Positions 27,631-37,580 of a stretch of DNA of 64,000 bases are shown piece after piece. Numbering within the stretch: the stretch's first letter is position 1; every line of letters begins with the position of its first letter. A program made the translations under genes and the position numbers. This DNA is from an uncultured bacterium (lineage in GTDB: Bacteria > Actinomycetota > Acidimicrobiia > Spongiisociales > UBA5794), in the NCBI GenBank assembly GCA_963801165.1, contig CAWDDT010000009.1:320001-384000 (forward strand). Direction: 5' to 3'. The notes beneath the pieces were generated by a model. It ran no database searches. It was not told the DNA's origin and saw nothing but the letters and a program-made list of their open reading frames with translations.

Positions 27631-29178
27631 ATGCTCCTCGATTTGGGGGCGTTGCACAGCTCAGATACCGCCGTACCTGCCGGGTGGCGTCGCTATGTAG
27701 AGCGATCCGAGGCCGGTATCACCGTCCGGGGGGACACAACCGCCGCTACGGAGATCTTCCTGACGACAGACGGGCTGGTGGCCGATCGTGTTGAAGATGT
27801 CCTGGACCGGCGGGGCGAGACCGGCGTATATGCAGAGCCGGGCCCTTTTGCGGTCAGCGCCCTGCTCCACAACGGGTTGGTCCCACCGCCATACAGCGAG
27901 TTCGAGGGTGTCTACACGCTGACGATGGGCGACGTGGCGCACGTGTCGTGGCGATCATCCGAACCACATCTCGAGCTAGAGGAGGATTACCCGTGGTTCG
28001 CCGACCGCTCCCGCAACGACATGGAGCCGAGCGAGCGAACACTCCTCGACCTGCTCACCACGGCCACCGTTAGGGACCTCGACAGGGCCGGGGGCCGCGG
28101 CTTTCTCATGCTGAGCTCGGGCAAAGACTCAGCCGCGGTGGCGCTCGCGCTGGCCGAAGCGGGTCGCACCGACATACCCTGTGTCACGTACGGAGCCGGT
28201 GCCGAAGACCCCGAGCCGGAGGTTGCCTCCACCATTTGTCGAAAACTCGGTCTCGAGCACCGTGTGGTCACCCTGCCCCACGATCCCCAGCGGGTCGCCT
28301 CGACGATGACCCGTTTCTTCGCAGCGTCACCACGACCGGGGACCGACCTGAAACAGATCCCCTATGTGCTGGCAACGGCCGGGGCCGGGTCTCCGGGAGG
28401 CACCGTTATCGATGGGGGCGGCAACGACTCCTACATGGGTTTCCCCCCAACACGACGGTGGGCTCGCAAGACACAGCTACGTCTGCGAAACCGGTGGCTG
28501 ATCGACTTCGCGCAGCGGCACACACCCATCGACTCTCCGGTCAACTATCTCGCCCGCTCGCGGCTGGAGACGGTTCTGTCGGGGCGCTTGATCCGCTACC
28601 ACGAGAGCCGGACCTTCTATCCGGATGCAGTCGACACCCGCGAGTTCTGGAGCCGCAAGTCCCGGGAGACCGCCCGCCTGAGTCTCTTCGCCCTCTTTGC
28701 TCTCTCCGAGCGCTACATCACGCCGCCGTCGTCGATGAAGAAGCACATTCTCGCTGCGGGAGCGATCGGGCATCAGGCCGCAGTGCCGTGGTGCGACCAT
28801 GCGATTGCGGACTACTACTTCAATCTGCCTGAGGAGCACCGGTACGACAAGAGCCGGGGGATCAACAAGGTCTTGTTGCGCCGCATGCTCCTGCGGTATC
28901 TCGACTACGACGCCGAGAAGATGGGAAAGCACTACTTCTCGTTCGAGGGGGCCCGGTTCGTGGCCGAGAACCGTGAGTACATACGATCCGAGATCGAGTC
29001 CTGTGAACTGTGGGACCGCAACCGGCTCGGTCTGGTCAACGGCTGGCTCGACGCCGTGGAGAAACGTCCGCTCTTGCACCACGCCATCCTCACGCTGTTC
29101 ATGATCTCCGGATGGCACAACCACAGCCCGTACGGCGCCTCCGCCGCCGCTCCAGCAACCCGGGCCGACGATGTCTGA
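27631..29178 (+). CDS. Asparagine-synthase-like protein, no N-terminal Cys
   Basis: MLSSGKDSAA, IDGGGNDSYMG, PWCDH..ADY, NKVLLRRML. Alternative start at 27580. Confidence 0.75.
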   Translation: MLLDLGALHSSDTAVPAGWRRYVERSEAGITVRGDTTAATEIFLTTDGLVADRVEDVLDRRGETGVYAEPGPFAVSALLHNGLVPPPYSEFEGVYTLTMGDVAHVSWRSSEPHLELEEDYPWFADRSRNDMEPSERTLLDLLTTATVRDLDRAGGRGFLMLSSGKDSAAVALALAEAGRTDIPCVTYGAGAEDPEPEVASTICRKLGLEHRVVTLPHDPQRVASTMTRFFAASPRPGTDLKQIPYVLATAGAGSPGGTVIDGGGNDSYMGFPPTRRWARKTQLRLRNRWLIDFAQRHTPIDSPVNYLARSRLETVLSGRLIRYHESRTFYPDAVDTREFWSRKSRETARLSLFALFALSERYITPPSSMKKHILAAGAIGHQAAVPWCDHAIADYYFNLPEEHRYDKSRGINKVLLRRMLLRYLDYDAEKMGKHYFSFEGARFVAENREYIRSEIESCELWDRNRLGLVNGWLDAVEKRPLLHHAILTLFMISGWHNHSPYGASAAAPATRADDV

Positions 29179-30880
29179 GTACTCCCGGGCAGTTGCCGTC
29201 TCGTTCACCAACCCGGCAACGGCTCGCCGGCAGACACCCCGCGGCGTCTGGTACGCCAGCGGCCTCGGTGCGGACGACATGGGACGGCTCGAAACCGCCA
29301 CCGACCCGGCAGCGGCGGGCGACATTGTGGTCGGCAGGGTCCGGGACGCTTCGGTCGTTTACGTCGAGTTGGACGGCGGCGCACCCGTTCGGGTGAAGGC
29401 ATGGAAAGGACTTCTCGGGGTGCACGAAGTCTTCTACGCCCGGCTGCCGGATGGACGCTGGTATCTCACAGACCACTTCCACAACGTGATGGCGGTGCTG
29501 CCGGAAGGTCAGCGGGCCATGACCGACGAGACCCTGTTGCGACACTATGTGTCTGCCGCTGTATACGGCCGTGAGACCTACGCCCGTGGAGCGGATCGGG
29601 TGGCCAACGGCGATCGCCTCGACATCGACCTCGTCGCCGGCGAGGCAACGGTCCAGATCTTCAGCCGGCACACTGCAATGTCTACCGACGAGCCGATGGA
29701 GATCCACTTGGGCCGGCTCGACGCCGCCCTCGAGGATGTGGTCGGCTCGCTGCGGACGGTTCCCGGTCTTGGCGTCGGGTTCTCCGGCGGTGTCGACTCG
29801 ACGCTGCTGCTGACCTACCTCGGAACCCACGGCATTCCGCTCACCGTCGTGCCGGGTAGCCCGGAGTTCGACGCCGAAACGGAATACGCCAGAAGCGCGG
29901 CCCATCTGCTGCGGCGCGACATCGTCGAGATCCAACTCGACGAGGCCGACTATCTACACAATCTCGAGCACAGCATCGAGTCGCTCGGGATGCCGCTGGA
30001 GAGCTATATCGTGCCGGTCCTCGCCCGTCTGTACGAGCACGACTCGCCACTGTTCGTCATTGGTGAGGGCGCCGATAGCGTGTTCGGCTCAGGTCGTGGT
30101 ATCCGCCGGTTGGCTTCGCTTCTGTCCGGACGTGCGGGGCTGGAGGTGTTGCGCCGGCTCGAGGGGGACGGCCGGCTGGGTCGCCGGGCGCGGCAGATCG
30201 GTGAATACGCCGCGCGGTTTGCCGAACCGCCGTCGTCGCCGCGGGGTTACGCAGGCACGGCGCTCAACTACTACGGCGACATGTCCGGGACGGTACGCAT
30301 GTATGGCGAGGAGGCGATCGCCGCCCTCGACCGCACGATGCTGCAAGAGGTTTTCGACCGCGTGGAGCTGGAGACCGCAGAGGGCGACCGTTTCGCCCGG
30401 CACATCGAGATCGCACAGTGGCGCGTCATCTTTTCCGACCTGGCCCTTGCCGGGAACCACGACGCCCATGCAATCGGCAAGCGCCAGGTGAATCCCTACC
30501 TGAGCTGGCGTGTTGTCTCCGAGCACCTCAAAGTCCCCGCCCGGGCCCGGTACTACAAGGGCTTCACCGGCAAGTGGATGCTCAAGGAGTTGCTGATCAG
30601 ACGGGTTGACGGCTATCCGGTCAACAAGCGCAAGCTGGCGACCAGCCTCCCCTTCGAGCGCTACTTGGCACGCGGTCCATTGACCGGTATCTGGGATCGG
30701 TACGACATTCCGGAGGCGGTACCGGCCGAGTTGTGGCCCGAGGTGCGCACAAAGGCGACGCCGCTGACCTGGAAGGCGATAACGCACGCCATCTGGCAGG
30801 ACCGTGTTGTCGCAAACCCCAACCTCGAGCCCCATCCGGCCGCGGTGGCCGACAGCTGGTCGTTCCCGGGAGCCGGCTAG
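29171..30880 (+). CDS. Asparagine-synthase-like protein, no N-terminal Cys
   Basis: GFSGGVDSTLL, VIGEGADSVFG, NPYL, GKWMLKELL, NKRK. Confidence 0.8.
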   Translation: MSEYSRAVAVSFTNPATARRQTPRGVWYASGLGADDMGRLETATDPAAAGDIVVGRVRDASVVYVELDGGAPVRVKAWKGLLGVHEVFYARLPDGRWYLTDHFHNVMAVLPEGQRAMTDETLLRHYVSAAVYGRETYARGADRVANGDRLDIDLVAGEATVQIFSRHTAMSTDEPMEIHLGRLDAALEDVVGSLRTVPGLGVGFSGGVDSTLLLTYLGTHGIPLTVVPGSPEFDAETEYARSAAHLLRRDIVEIQLDEADYLHNLEHSIESLGMPLESYIVPVLARLYEHDSPLFVIGEGADSVFGSGRGIRRLASLLSGRAGLEVLRRLEGDGRLGRRARQIGEYAARFAEPPSSPRGYAGTALNYYGDMSGTVRMYGEEAIAALDRTMLQEVFDRVELETAEGDRFARHIEIAQWRVIFSDLALAGNHDAHAIGKRQVNPYLSWRVVSEHLKVPARARYYKGFTGKWMLKELLIRRVDGYPVNKRKLATSLPFERYLARGPLTGIWDRYDIPEAVPAELWPEVRTKATPLTWKAITHAIWQDRVVANPNLEPHPAAVADSWSFPGAG

Positions 30881-32157
30881 ACCCCGATCCGGTCGTGGTG
30901 ACCCGAGTAGTGGTCGTTGAGCTTCGCCCGATACCAGACAACCTGTGCGGTATCCCGAATGGCATTGCCGGCGGGCCGGGCGAAGGCCTTCGTCATGCCC
31001 GCCGTCAGCGCAACCAGAACCAGAATCGGGCTGGTCAGGATGGCGATCGCTGCCATCGGCCGCGCCTTGCGAGCACCCAGCAACTCGTTGATCTCGATGA
31101 ACATCGCTGCCGAGATCAAGTTGGCGACGATCGTGAGCGCAACCAACCCCGTCACCACATAGGCAGCCGGCACGAGGTATTTCATAGGGTTGAGCACCCA
31201 GGGCGTTGCAGCTGCCGCCAGATAGAGAACGCCTCCGGCAGCCATGACCAGCATGTAGACGTTGCGGTTGTGTCGGGCCGCGGCGAGATCGTGTTGCATC
31301 GCCGATTCCATCGCTCTCGGGGCGAGCACGGCGGTCAGCCCGGTAGCGAGCACCAGGACCGGCTGGGCAACAACGCGGGCCGCCTCGGCGTAGCCGAGGA
31401 CGTCGGCGCCGGCGAGCGCTGCAACGAGTGCGGCCACGGCGAAGTGGGCGATGTTGGGTGCGAGCGCCTGGGTGAGCAGCCATCGGCCCTGGTGGGCCAT
31501 TGCGCGGAAGCGGAGCGGCTCGTCGAGCGGCTTCTGGTGACGGACGTCGCCGAGGATGAACCCGACGATGAGCGAGAGCGCGTTGGCGATTGCCAGAGAA
31601 CCGAACGGCATGATCGCCACAGGTGCGTCGACCAGCAGCATCACGCCGAGGGCGGCGACCACCCCGGCGAACTGCACCGCGGACACGGCCGCGGCTTGCC
31701 AGTTGAGCTCGGCGATGTGGAGCAGGCGGCGCATGTGGTCCTGGAGCGGGGAGAGAACGGTAGTGATGCCCGCTGTGATGGTCAGTCCCCAGATCACGTT
31801 CGAATCGGTGAGCGACCAAGACAGGAACGCCGCGACGAAGATTGCCAGTGACCCGAGAAGAGCCGCCGGAATCCCCATGCGGAAAGTGTCGCGGGCCCGG
31901 CGTATCCGATCTGGCACCGGGAATGACACAGCGTTGACCTCAGCCGGGATCAAGATGAGCTCCCAGGGCAGGACCACCCCGAGACCGAACGCAGTGAAGA
32001 AGATCGCATACACGCCACGATCGATGTCGCTGAAGAGGTTGACCGCGCTCAACCCTGCGGCGAAGGTTGCCAGAGAAGCAAAGGCGGCATCGGCGACGCC
32101 GGCAGGGAGGCGCCTATGCGTCCCGTTCGGTGCGTTGGTGTCGGTGCCGTCGTCCAA
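30877..32157 (-). CDS. Wzx-like / MOP polysaccharide flippase
   Basis: About 12 TMs; ADAAFASLATF, GVYAIFF, LGYAEAARVVAQP. Confidence 0.7.
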   Translation of the reverse strand: MDDGTDTNAPNGTHRRLPAGVADAAFASLATFAAGLSAVNLFSDIDRGVYAIFFTAFGLGVVLPWELILIPAEVNAVSFPVPDRIRRARDTFRMGIPAALLGSLAIFVAAFLSWSLTDSNVIWGLTITAGITTVLSPLQDHMRRLLHIAELNWQAAAVSAVQFAGVVAALGVMLLVDAPVAIMPFGSLAIANALSLIVGFILGDVRHQKPLDEPLRFRAMAHQGRWLLTQALAPNIAHFAVAALVAALAGADVLGYAEAARVVAQPVLVLATGLTAVLAPRAMESAMQHDLAAARHNRNVYMLVMAAGGVLYLAAAATPWVLNPMKYLVPAAYVVTGLVALTIVANLISAAMFIEINELLGARKARPMAAIAILTSPILVLVALTAGMTKAFARPAGNAIRDTAQVVWYRAKLNDHYSGHHDRIGV

Positions 32158-32256
32158 GTGTCCCCGGTTGAGCTGAGGACACGCATCGTATCGGCTGTGG
32201 GTGTCTCGGGCAGCGATGCTGCTGCATCGTCGGCTGTCGACGGCTGGCCGCGGGGG

Positions 32257-33210
32257 TCACCTGGCGGCGGGCAACGCTGCGATGAGTCGGTGTGAGGTCG
32301 CTCGCAGATGGTCGACCAATTCTTCGGGCTCATCGACCCGGAAGCCGACACCGAACCAGAGGATGCTGATCGCCATCCAATCCAACGAGTCTCCCCGCAG
32401 CCGCAGCAGGCTGTGGTCGTGGTCGATCGGCTCGACTGTGGCGTCACCGGGAGGCATGCGGCGCGTGACATAGGGAGCCGGAGCGTCGAGGGTGACCAGT
32501 GCTTCGTAGCGAGCGGGCAGGCTGTTCTCGACGTACGCGACCGCGTCGCCTCCCGGGATCGGGCGCGGACGGAAAATGCGCCCGGTGGTTCGTGGGGTGC
32601 TCATGCGGTCCAGCCGGAAGGTGCGCCAGCCAGCGCGGTCGCTGTCGAATCCCAGCAGATACCAGCGGTGGTACAGCGCCAGCACTCTGTGTGGCTCGAC
32701 GTGGCGTTCTCGAGTGGCCCCCTCCCGTGTCCTGTACGCGAAGCGAACACGTTCGTTGTCGCGGCAAGCTTGGGCGAGTACGGCGAGTGTGTCGCCGTCC
32801 ACCTTGATCCACGGTCGTGCCTGGGCCGTGACCGCGGTGTGCCACACCGCCACCCGGCGCCGGACCCGGGTGGGCAGCACCTGTTCCAGCTTGGCGAGAG
32901 CACGCAGCGACGTCTCTTCGATTCCGCGGATCGTCCCACCCGCCGCAGTGAGGAGACCGATTGCGATGGCCGCGGTCTCCTCCTCGTCGAGAAGCAGCGG
33001 TGGTATTTCGACGCCCGCCTCGAGCCGGTAGCCACCGTGCCGGCCACGTCTCGCCACCACCGAGTACCCGAGATCGCGCAGGCGATCGATGTCACGCCGC
33101 AACGTGCGCTCGCTCACCCCGAGCCGTCCCAGCAACTCTTCTCCGCTCCAGGATCGTTTCGTCTGCAGCAAACCCAGAAGATCGAGCACTCGTGCGGTCG
33201 TGTCGGACAT
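32257..33210 (-). CDS. HTH-WYL transcriptional regulator (YafY-like)
   Basis: LGVSERTLRRDIDRLR, GGYRL, VEPH, RWYLLG, RTFRLDR. Confidence 0.93.
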   Translation of the reverse strand: MSDTTARVLDLLGLLQTKRSWSGEELLGRLGVSERTLRRDIDRLRDLGYSVVARRGRHGGYRLEAGVEIPPLLLDEEETAAIAIGLLTAAGGTIRGIEETSLRALAKLEQVLPTRVRRRVAVWHTAVTAQARPWIKVDGDTLAVLAQACRDNERVRFAYRTREGATRERHVEPHRVLALYHRWYLLGFDSDRAGWRTFRLDRMSTPRTTGRIFRPRPIPGGDAVAYVENSLPARYEALVTLDAPAPYVTRRMPPGDATVEPIDHDHSLLRLRGDSLDWMAISILWFGVGFRVDEPEELVDHLRATSHRLIAALPAAR

Positions 33211-33216
33211 TGTCCG

Positions 33217-33265
33217 AGGTTAGTCCGCATTCCGGTCAAAAACTGTCATGAATGTGTCATAGCCT
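33217..33265. promoter_or_regulatory. Divergent promoters with imperfect palindromic operator of the WYL regulator
   Basis: CATTCcggTCAaaaacTGTcatGAATG at 33228-33254; -10 TAACCT (minus) 6 nt before the WYL ATG; -10 TAGCCT (plus) at 33260-33265. Confidence 0.55.
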
Positions 33266-33319
33266 GACGGTTGAGCGGCCGGGCGTAGGACCCGGGCGCA
33301 CACGAGAGAGGAACGCACG

Positions 33320-33739
33320 ATGAAGGACGCATCACCACTGCGTGGTCTGAGCACGATCAGCTATTTCGCTGCCGAGTTCGAAGCTGCCGTTGAGTGGTAC
33401 TCGGAGTTCGTCGGTAGCCGGCCATACTTCGAGCGCCCGGGCTATGTCGAGTTCAGGCTGGGCGATTTCCAGCAGGAGCTGGGCATCATCGACAGCCGCT
33501 ACGTTCCGGGGAGGCAGAGCGACGAACAGCGTGCCGGAGTCGTGGTTTACTGGCACGTTGACGACGTTGCCGCACAGGTGGATCGTGCGGTTGGAATGGG
33601 TGCGCAGGAGTTGGAGCCGATGCAGGACCGCGGCCACGGGTTCATCACCGCGACGGTTGTGGACCCTTTTGGCAACATCCTCGGTTTCATGTACAACCCC
33701 CACTATCTGGAGGTACTGGCCGAACTCCGCCCCGCATGA
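33320..33739 (+). CDS. VOC / glyoxalase-bleomycin resistance family protein
   Basis: YVEFRLGDFQQELG, YWHVDDV, VVDPFGNILG. Confidence 0.88.
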   Translation: MKDASPLRGLSTISYFAAEFEAAVEWYSEFVGSRPYFERPGYVEFRLGDFQQELGIIDSRYVPGRQSDEQRAGVVVYWHVDDVAAQVDRAVGMGAQELEPMQDRGHGFITATVVDPFGNILGFMYNPHYLEVLAELRPA

Positions 33740-33830
33740 GCGATATCGGCCGCCGGACCGTGTTATCGAGCATTCGACGTCGTGCCGTGCTGGACACCGG
33801 GTGGTGTGAACGCTGCGCGGCCGCGCTCTG

Positions 33831-33866
33831 GCGTCGGAGACCGGAACATATTCCGGTCTCCGACGC
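33831..33866. repeat. Perfect 16-bp inverted repeat (REP-like or bidirectional terminator)
   Basis: GCGTCGGAGACCGGAA-cata-TTCCGGTCTCCGACGC between convergent genes. Confidence 0.8.
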
Positions 33867-33879
33867 AAGAAGCGTCGGG

Positions 33880-35070
33880 TCAGTGGTTTGCCGAACGCCA
33901 GGCGGTGCGCAGCTTGGTCTTCTTGCCGGTTTGCAGGATGGCACCGCGGTAGATGCGGCCACCCAGTCGCACCAGCAGGATCGTCGTAGCCACGATCAGG
34001 GCGATCGCCACCGCCACCTCCCAAACCGGCACGTCGCCTGCGGTCGATCGGGTGGCCATCACCATTGGCGACCAGATCGGTATGAACGAGGCGATCCGGG
34101 CCAGAGTCGCGTCCGGTTCGAGCAACGCCATCTGTCCCAGGAAGAAGCCGGGCAAGATCATCAGCACCGGCAGCATCGCGACACCCTGCATGTCCTCCTG
34201 ACGCGAGATAGTCGATCCCAGTGCCCCGTACATGAAGCTGTAGAAGGCGTAGCCGAGCAGGTACCAGAGCACCAGAGACCCCAGCAGCGGGAGACCGATC
34301 CCGGAGAAGTCGAGGTTCGCCAGGTGAGCAGTCGACACGGTGAACACCAGCGCCGCCCCGACAGCCACAACCTGGATCAGCCCGAGTAGGCCGATGCCGA
34401 GCACCTTGCCGGTGAGTACCTCGGTCGGCTTCACCCGGGACAGGACCACCTCGACGACTCTGCTCTGTTTCTCCTCCATCACTCCCATCATCACGAACTG
34501 GCCGAAGATGAGAATCGAGATGTACAGCAGCATCAGGGCTACGAACGCGGCCAGTTGCCTCGCGTTGTCCTTTTCCGAGTTGGCCGGCTCGAGGGTGCGC
34601 TCGGTGTACTGCACCGGGGCCAGGAGCGAGCCCACCTCGGAAGCAGAAAGGCCCATCTCGGCCGCATTGATCTGACGCTGGGCAGTCGCGATTCCGCCGC
34701 TTACTACAGCCGCGAGCTGTGGCGCGGCCTCCTTGTCGAATACGAGTTCCGATGTCCCGTTGACCACCATGGCGACGTCACCGTCGCTGAGCGCCGTTTC
34801 CGCGGAAGCAAGGTCGGGGAGATGCCGGAGCTCGATGTCGACGTTGAGCAGCCCGGCCTGCTGCTGGATCGCCTGATCAGATCCGGCCGGCTGGTCGCCG
34901 ACGAGGGCGATGACGCTGATCTCGTCGCCGCCCGAGGCTGCTGCGATGATCGGACCGGCGATCAGCACGAGCCCGACTATCAGCAACATCGAGAAGACAA
35001 AGGCTTTGCTCCGAAGCCTCTGGGTGAAGTCTCGCTTTGCCAGCTGCAAGATTCTCTGTATCGAGTTCAT
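33880..35070 (-). CDS. ABC-2 exporter permease (NatB/YhaP-like)
   Basis: GVMEEKQSRVVEVVL, GKVLG, about 6 TMs with a large loop. Confidence 0.88.
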   Translation of the reverse strand: MNSIQRILQLAKRDFTQRLRSKAFVFSMLLIVGLVLIAGPIIAAASGGDEISVIALVGDQPAGSDQAIQQQAGLLNVDIELRHLPDLASAETALSDGDVAMVVNGTSELVFDKEAAPQLAAVVSGGIATAQRQINAAEMGLSASEVGSLLAPVQYTERTLEPANSEKDNARQLAAFVALMLLYISILIFGQFVMMGVMEEKQSRVVEVVLSRVKPTEVLTGKVLGIGLLGLIQVVAVGAALVFTVSTAHLANLDFSGIGLPLLGSLVLWYLLGYAFYSFMYGALGSTISRQEDMQGVAMLPVLMILPGFFLGQMALLEPDATLARIASFIPIWSPMVMATRSTAGDVPVWEVAVAIALIVATTILLVRLGGRIYRGAILQTGKKTKLRTAWRSANH

Positions 35071-35948
35071 CGCCGTACCGCCTCTCGAAACAGGTCGGTC
35101 AGGTGGGGTGGCTCGAACGAGAATCGGGTGACCTCACCGTCCCGCGCCGCCTGGTCCAGGATGGGGCCGATGTTGGCCTTGCGACCGAGCACGTAGCGAT
35201 GACGCCCGTTGCCTGCAGAAGAGGCGACACCGGTGAGCTCCTTTGTCCAGGGTATGCCGTCGACGTCGACCTCGAGGTAGCGGGTCGGTGAGGAGCGCTG
35301 GAGCTCCGTTACCTCGCCTTTGAGCACAGAGTGGCCATGATCGATGATCACAACGTCCTGGCACACGTCGGCGACCAGGTCGAGCTGGTGGCTGGAGAAC
35401 ACGATGCCGGTGCCCTTCGCCGACAGATGGCGCAGGACATCGGCCATCGTGTCGACACCGATCGGGTCGAGACCGGCGAATGGCTCGTCGAGAACGGCAA
35501 CGACCGGATCGTGGACCAGGGCGGCCGCCAGCTGCACCCGCTGCTGATTTCCATGCGAGAGCTCTTCGAGTTTGGAATCGAGCCTGTCACCGAGATCGAG
35601 GTCTCTGAGCCACCGCTCGGCGGCGCCTCTCGCATCCTTGGCCGCCAACCCCGACAGCCTGGCGAAGTGGGTGATCTGGTCGCCGATCTTCATCTTGGGA
35701 TAAAGACCGCGTTCTTCGGGCATGTAGCCGAACGTGAGCCTGGTGGGCTCGTCTATGGCTTTGTTGTTCCAGGTCACGCTGCCCGAGTCGGGGGTGACCA
35801 GCCCGAAGACACAACGCATCGCAGTGGTCTTGCCGGCGCCGTTCGGGCCGAGGAACCCGACTATGCGACCGGGTTGGGCGCCGAAACTCAGCCCGTCGAG
35901 CGCGGTCACGTCGTCAAAGCGCTTGTGTAGTGATTCGAACGCCAGCAT
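35067..35948 (-). CDS. ABC exporter ATP-binding protein (NatA/YhaQ-like)
   Basis: GPNGAGKTT, GYMPEERGLY, LSHGNQQ, LDEPFAGLD, FSSH. Confidence 0.92.
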   Translation of the reverse strand: MLAFESLHKRFDDVTALDGLSFGAQPGRIVGFLGPNGAGKTTAMRCVFGLVTPDSGSVTWNNKAIDEPTRLTFGYMPEERGLYPKMKIGDQITHFARLSGLAAKDARGAAERWLRDLDLGDRLDSKLEELSHGNQQRVQLAAALVHDPVVAVLDEPFAGLDPIGVDTMADVLRHLSAKGTGIVFSSHQLDLVADVCQDVVIIDHGHSVLKGEVTELQRSSPTRYLEVDVDGIPWTKELTGVASSAGNGRHRYVLGRKANIGPILDQAARDGEVTRFSFEPPHLTDLFREAVRR

Positions 35949-36039
35949 GGCTTGCCTCCAGTGGGGTAGTTCAGCGTCGCAGCCAAGCCGCCGCAAATTC
36001 CCGGACCGACATATCCACCCTAGGCGGCCAAAAAGACGC

Positions 36040-36070
36040 TTGACCCTTACGTAACGTGAGGCTTTAGGGT
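36040..36070 (+). promoter_or_regulatory. MerR-type promoter with a tipA-like operator; leaderless
   Basis: TTGACC-19 bp-TAGGGT; dyad CCTTACGT-a-ACGTGAGG (36045-36061); ATG 7 nt downstream of the -10. Confidence 0.85.
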
Positions 36071-36077
36071 AGGGCTC

Positions 36078-36833
36078 ATGAGTGAGCTGACAGTGGGATC
36101 GCTTGCCCGTCTCGCCGGTGTGACGGTGAGGACGTTGCACCACTACCACGACATCGGTCTGGTGGTGCCGGCAGGACGAACCGAATCCGGATACCGGACC
36201 TATGGACCGCCCGAAGTGGAGCGCCTCCAGGAGGTGTTGTTCTTCCGCGAGCTCGGGTTTCCCCTCGAGGCGATACGTGACGTCGTGGGGCGGCAGGAGT
36301 ACACCCGGGCGGCGGCGCTCCGGCGCCAGCGTGAGCTGCTCGAGGCTCGCGCCGAGCACGTGATCGACATGATCGACGCTGTCGACCGGGCCATCGCAGC
36401 CGAACGAACAGGAGTGACAATGACAAACGAAGAGATGCTCGAAGTCTTTGGCGACTTCGACCCGGCACAATACGAAGAAGAGACGAAGGAACGCTGGGGC
36501 GACACCGACGCTTACAAGGAGTCGGCCAGGCGCGTCTCCCGTTACACCAAGGACGACTGGAAGGCCATGCAGGCGGACGCCGATGCAATCAACCAGGATT
36601 TCCTGAAGCTGATGGCGGCCGGCATTCCCGCCGGAGACCCGGCAGCTATGGACCTTGCCGAGCGGCACCGGCTCCACATCACCAGGTGGTTTTACGACTG
36701 CACGAAGGAGATCCACGCCGGGCTCGGTCAGATGTACGTGGCCGACGTCAGGTTCAAGGAGAACATCGACAAGGCGGGTGACGGCCTGGCCGAGTTCCTG
36801 TCAGCAGCAATCGCCGCTAATGCCGTGAGGTAG
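36078..36833 (+). CDS. tipA: MerR-family regulator with TipAS domain (TipA/Mta-like)
   Basis: GVTVRTLHHY..IGL, GYRTY, LGFPLE, EERWG-like (KERWGDTDAY), FYDC, LGQMYVAD.RF. Confidence 0.85.
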   Translation: MSELTVGSLARLAGVTVRTLHHYHDIGLVVPAGRTESGYRTYGPPEVERLQEVLFFRELGFPLEAIRDVVGRQEYTRAAALRRQRELLEARAEHVIDMIDAVDRAIAAERTGVTMTNEEMLEVFGDFDPAQYEEETKERWGDTDAYKESARRVSRYTKDDWKAMQADADAINQDFLKLMAAGIPAGDPAAMDLAERHRLHITRWFYDCTKEIHAGLGQMYVADVRFKENIDKAGDGLAEFLSAAIAANAVR

Positions 36834-36851
36834 CGTTGTAGCCTGGCGGGG

Positions 36852-37580
36852 ATGCGCGTTCAGCTGTTCGTCACATGTCTGGTCAACAGCCTCTATCCCA
36901 ACGTGGGCAAGGCGACCGTCGCGCTGCTCGAGCGGGCGGGTTACCAGGTTGAGTTCCCCGTCGACCAGACGTGTTGTGGACAGCCGGCCTATAACGGAGG
37001 CTTCGATACCGAGGCACGGGCGCAAACGAAGCAGACTCTGGATGTGCTCGACGCAACCGAAGGGACGATCGTCGTCCCTTCCGGCTCGTGCGCTGCGATG
37101 CTCATTCACCACAGCCCCGAGTTGGTGGCCGACGACCCCAGGTACGGGCTGAAGGCAGAGCGGGTCGCGGCGCGCACCCGCGAGCTCACCCAGTTCCTCG
37201 TCGAGGACGCCGGATATGAGCCTGCAACGACCGATTGCGGCGGGTGCACTGCCACCTATCACGCTTCCTGTCACGCTCTGCGCGGGCTCGGTATCCGGGA
37301 ACAGCCGAAGGCACTTCTCGATGCCGCAGGGGTTGACCGCGTAGAGCTCGAGGGTGAGGACGAGTGCTGCGGGTTCGGCGGGCTGTTCTCGATCGAGGCT
37401 CCTGAGGTCTCGGGGGCGATGATGAACACCAAGATCGACAGGATCGAGGCGAGCGGCGCCGATGTCGTTGTCGGTGTCGACGTGAGCTGTCTGATGAACA
37501 TCGGTGGCGGGCTCCGGCGAAAGAACAGCTCGGTCATCACCAAGCACCTCGCCGAGATCCTTGCCGGAGACGTCGTATGA
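36852..37580 (+). CDS. lutA: L-lactate utilization protein A (CCG Fe-S)
   Basis: LFVTCL, QTCCGQP, PSGSC, YHASCH, CCGFGG, DVSCLMNIGG. Confidence 0.88.
   Translation: MRVQLFVTCLVNSLYPNVGKATVALLERAGYQVEFPVDQTCCGQPAYNGGFDTEARAQTKQTLDVLDATEGTIVVPSGSCAAMLIHHSPELVADDPRYGLKAERVAARTRELTQFLVEDAGYEPATTDCGGCTATYHASCHALRGLGIREQPKALLDAAGVDRVELEGEDECCGFGGLFSIEAPEVSGAMMNTKIDRIEASGADVVVGVDVSCLMNIGGGLRRKNSSVITKHLAEILAGDVV

Noticed and set aside
27631-30880. Lasso peptide cluster suggested by Cys-less Asn-synthase-like genes
   Set aside because: No B1 (RRE) or B2 protease gene and no precursor with a YxxP..T leader seen nearby.
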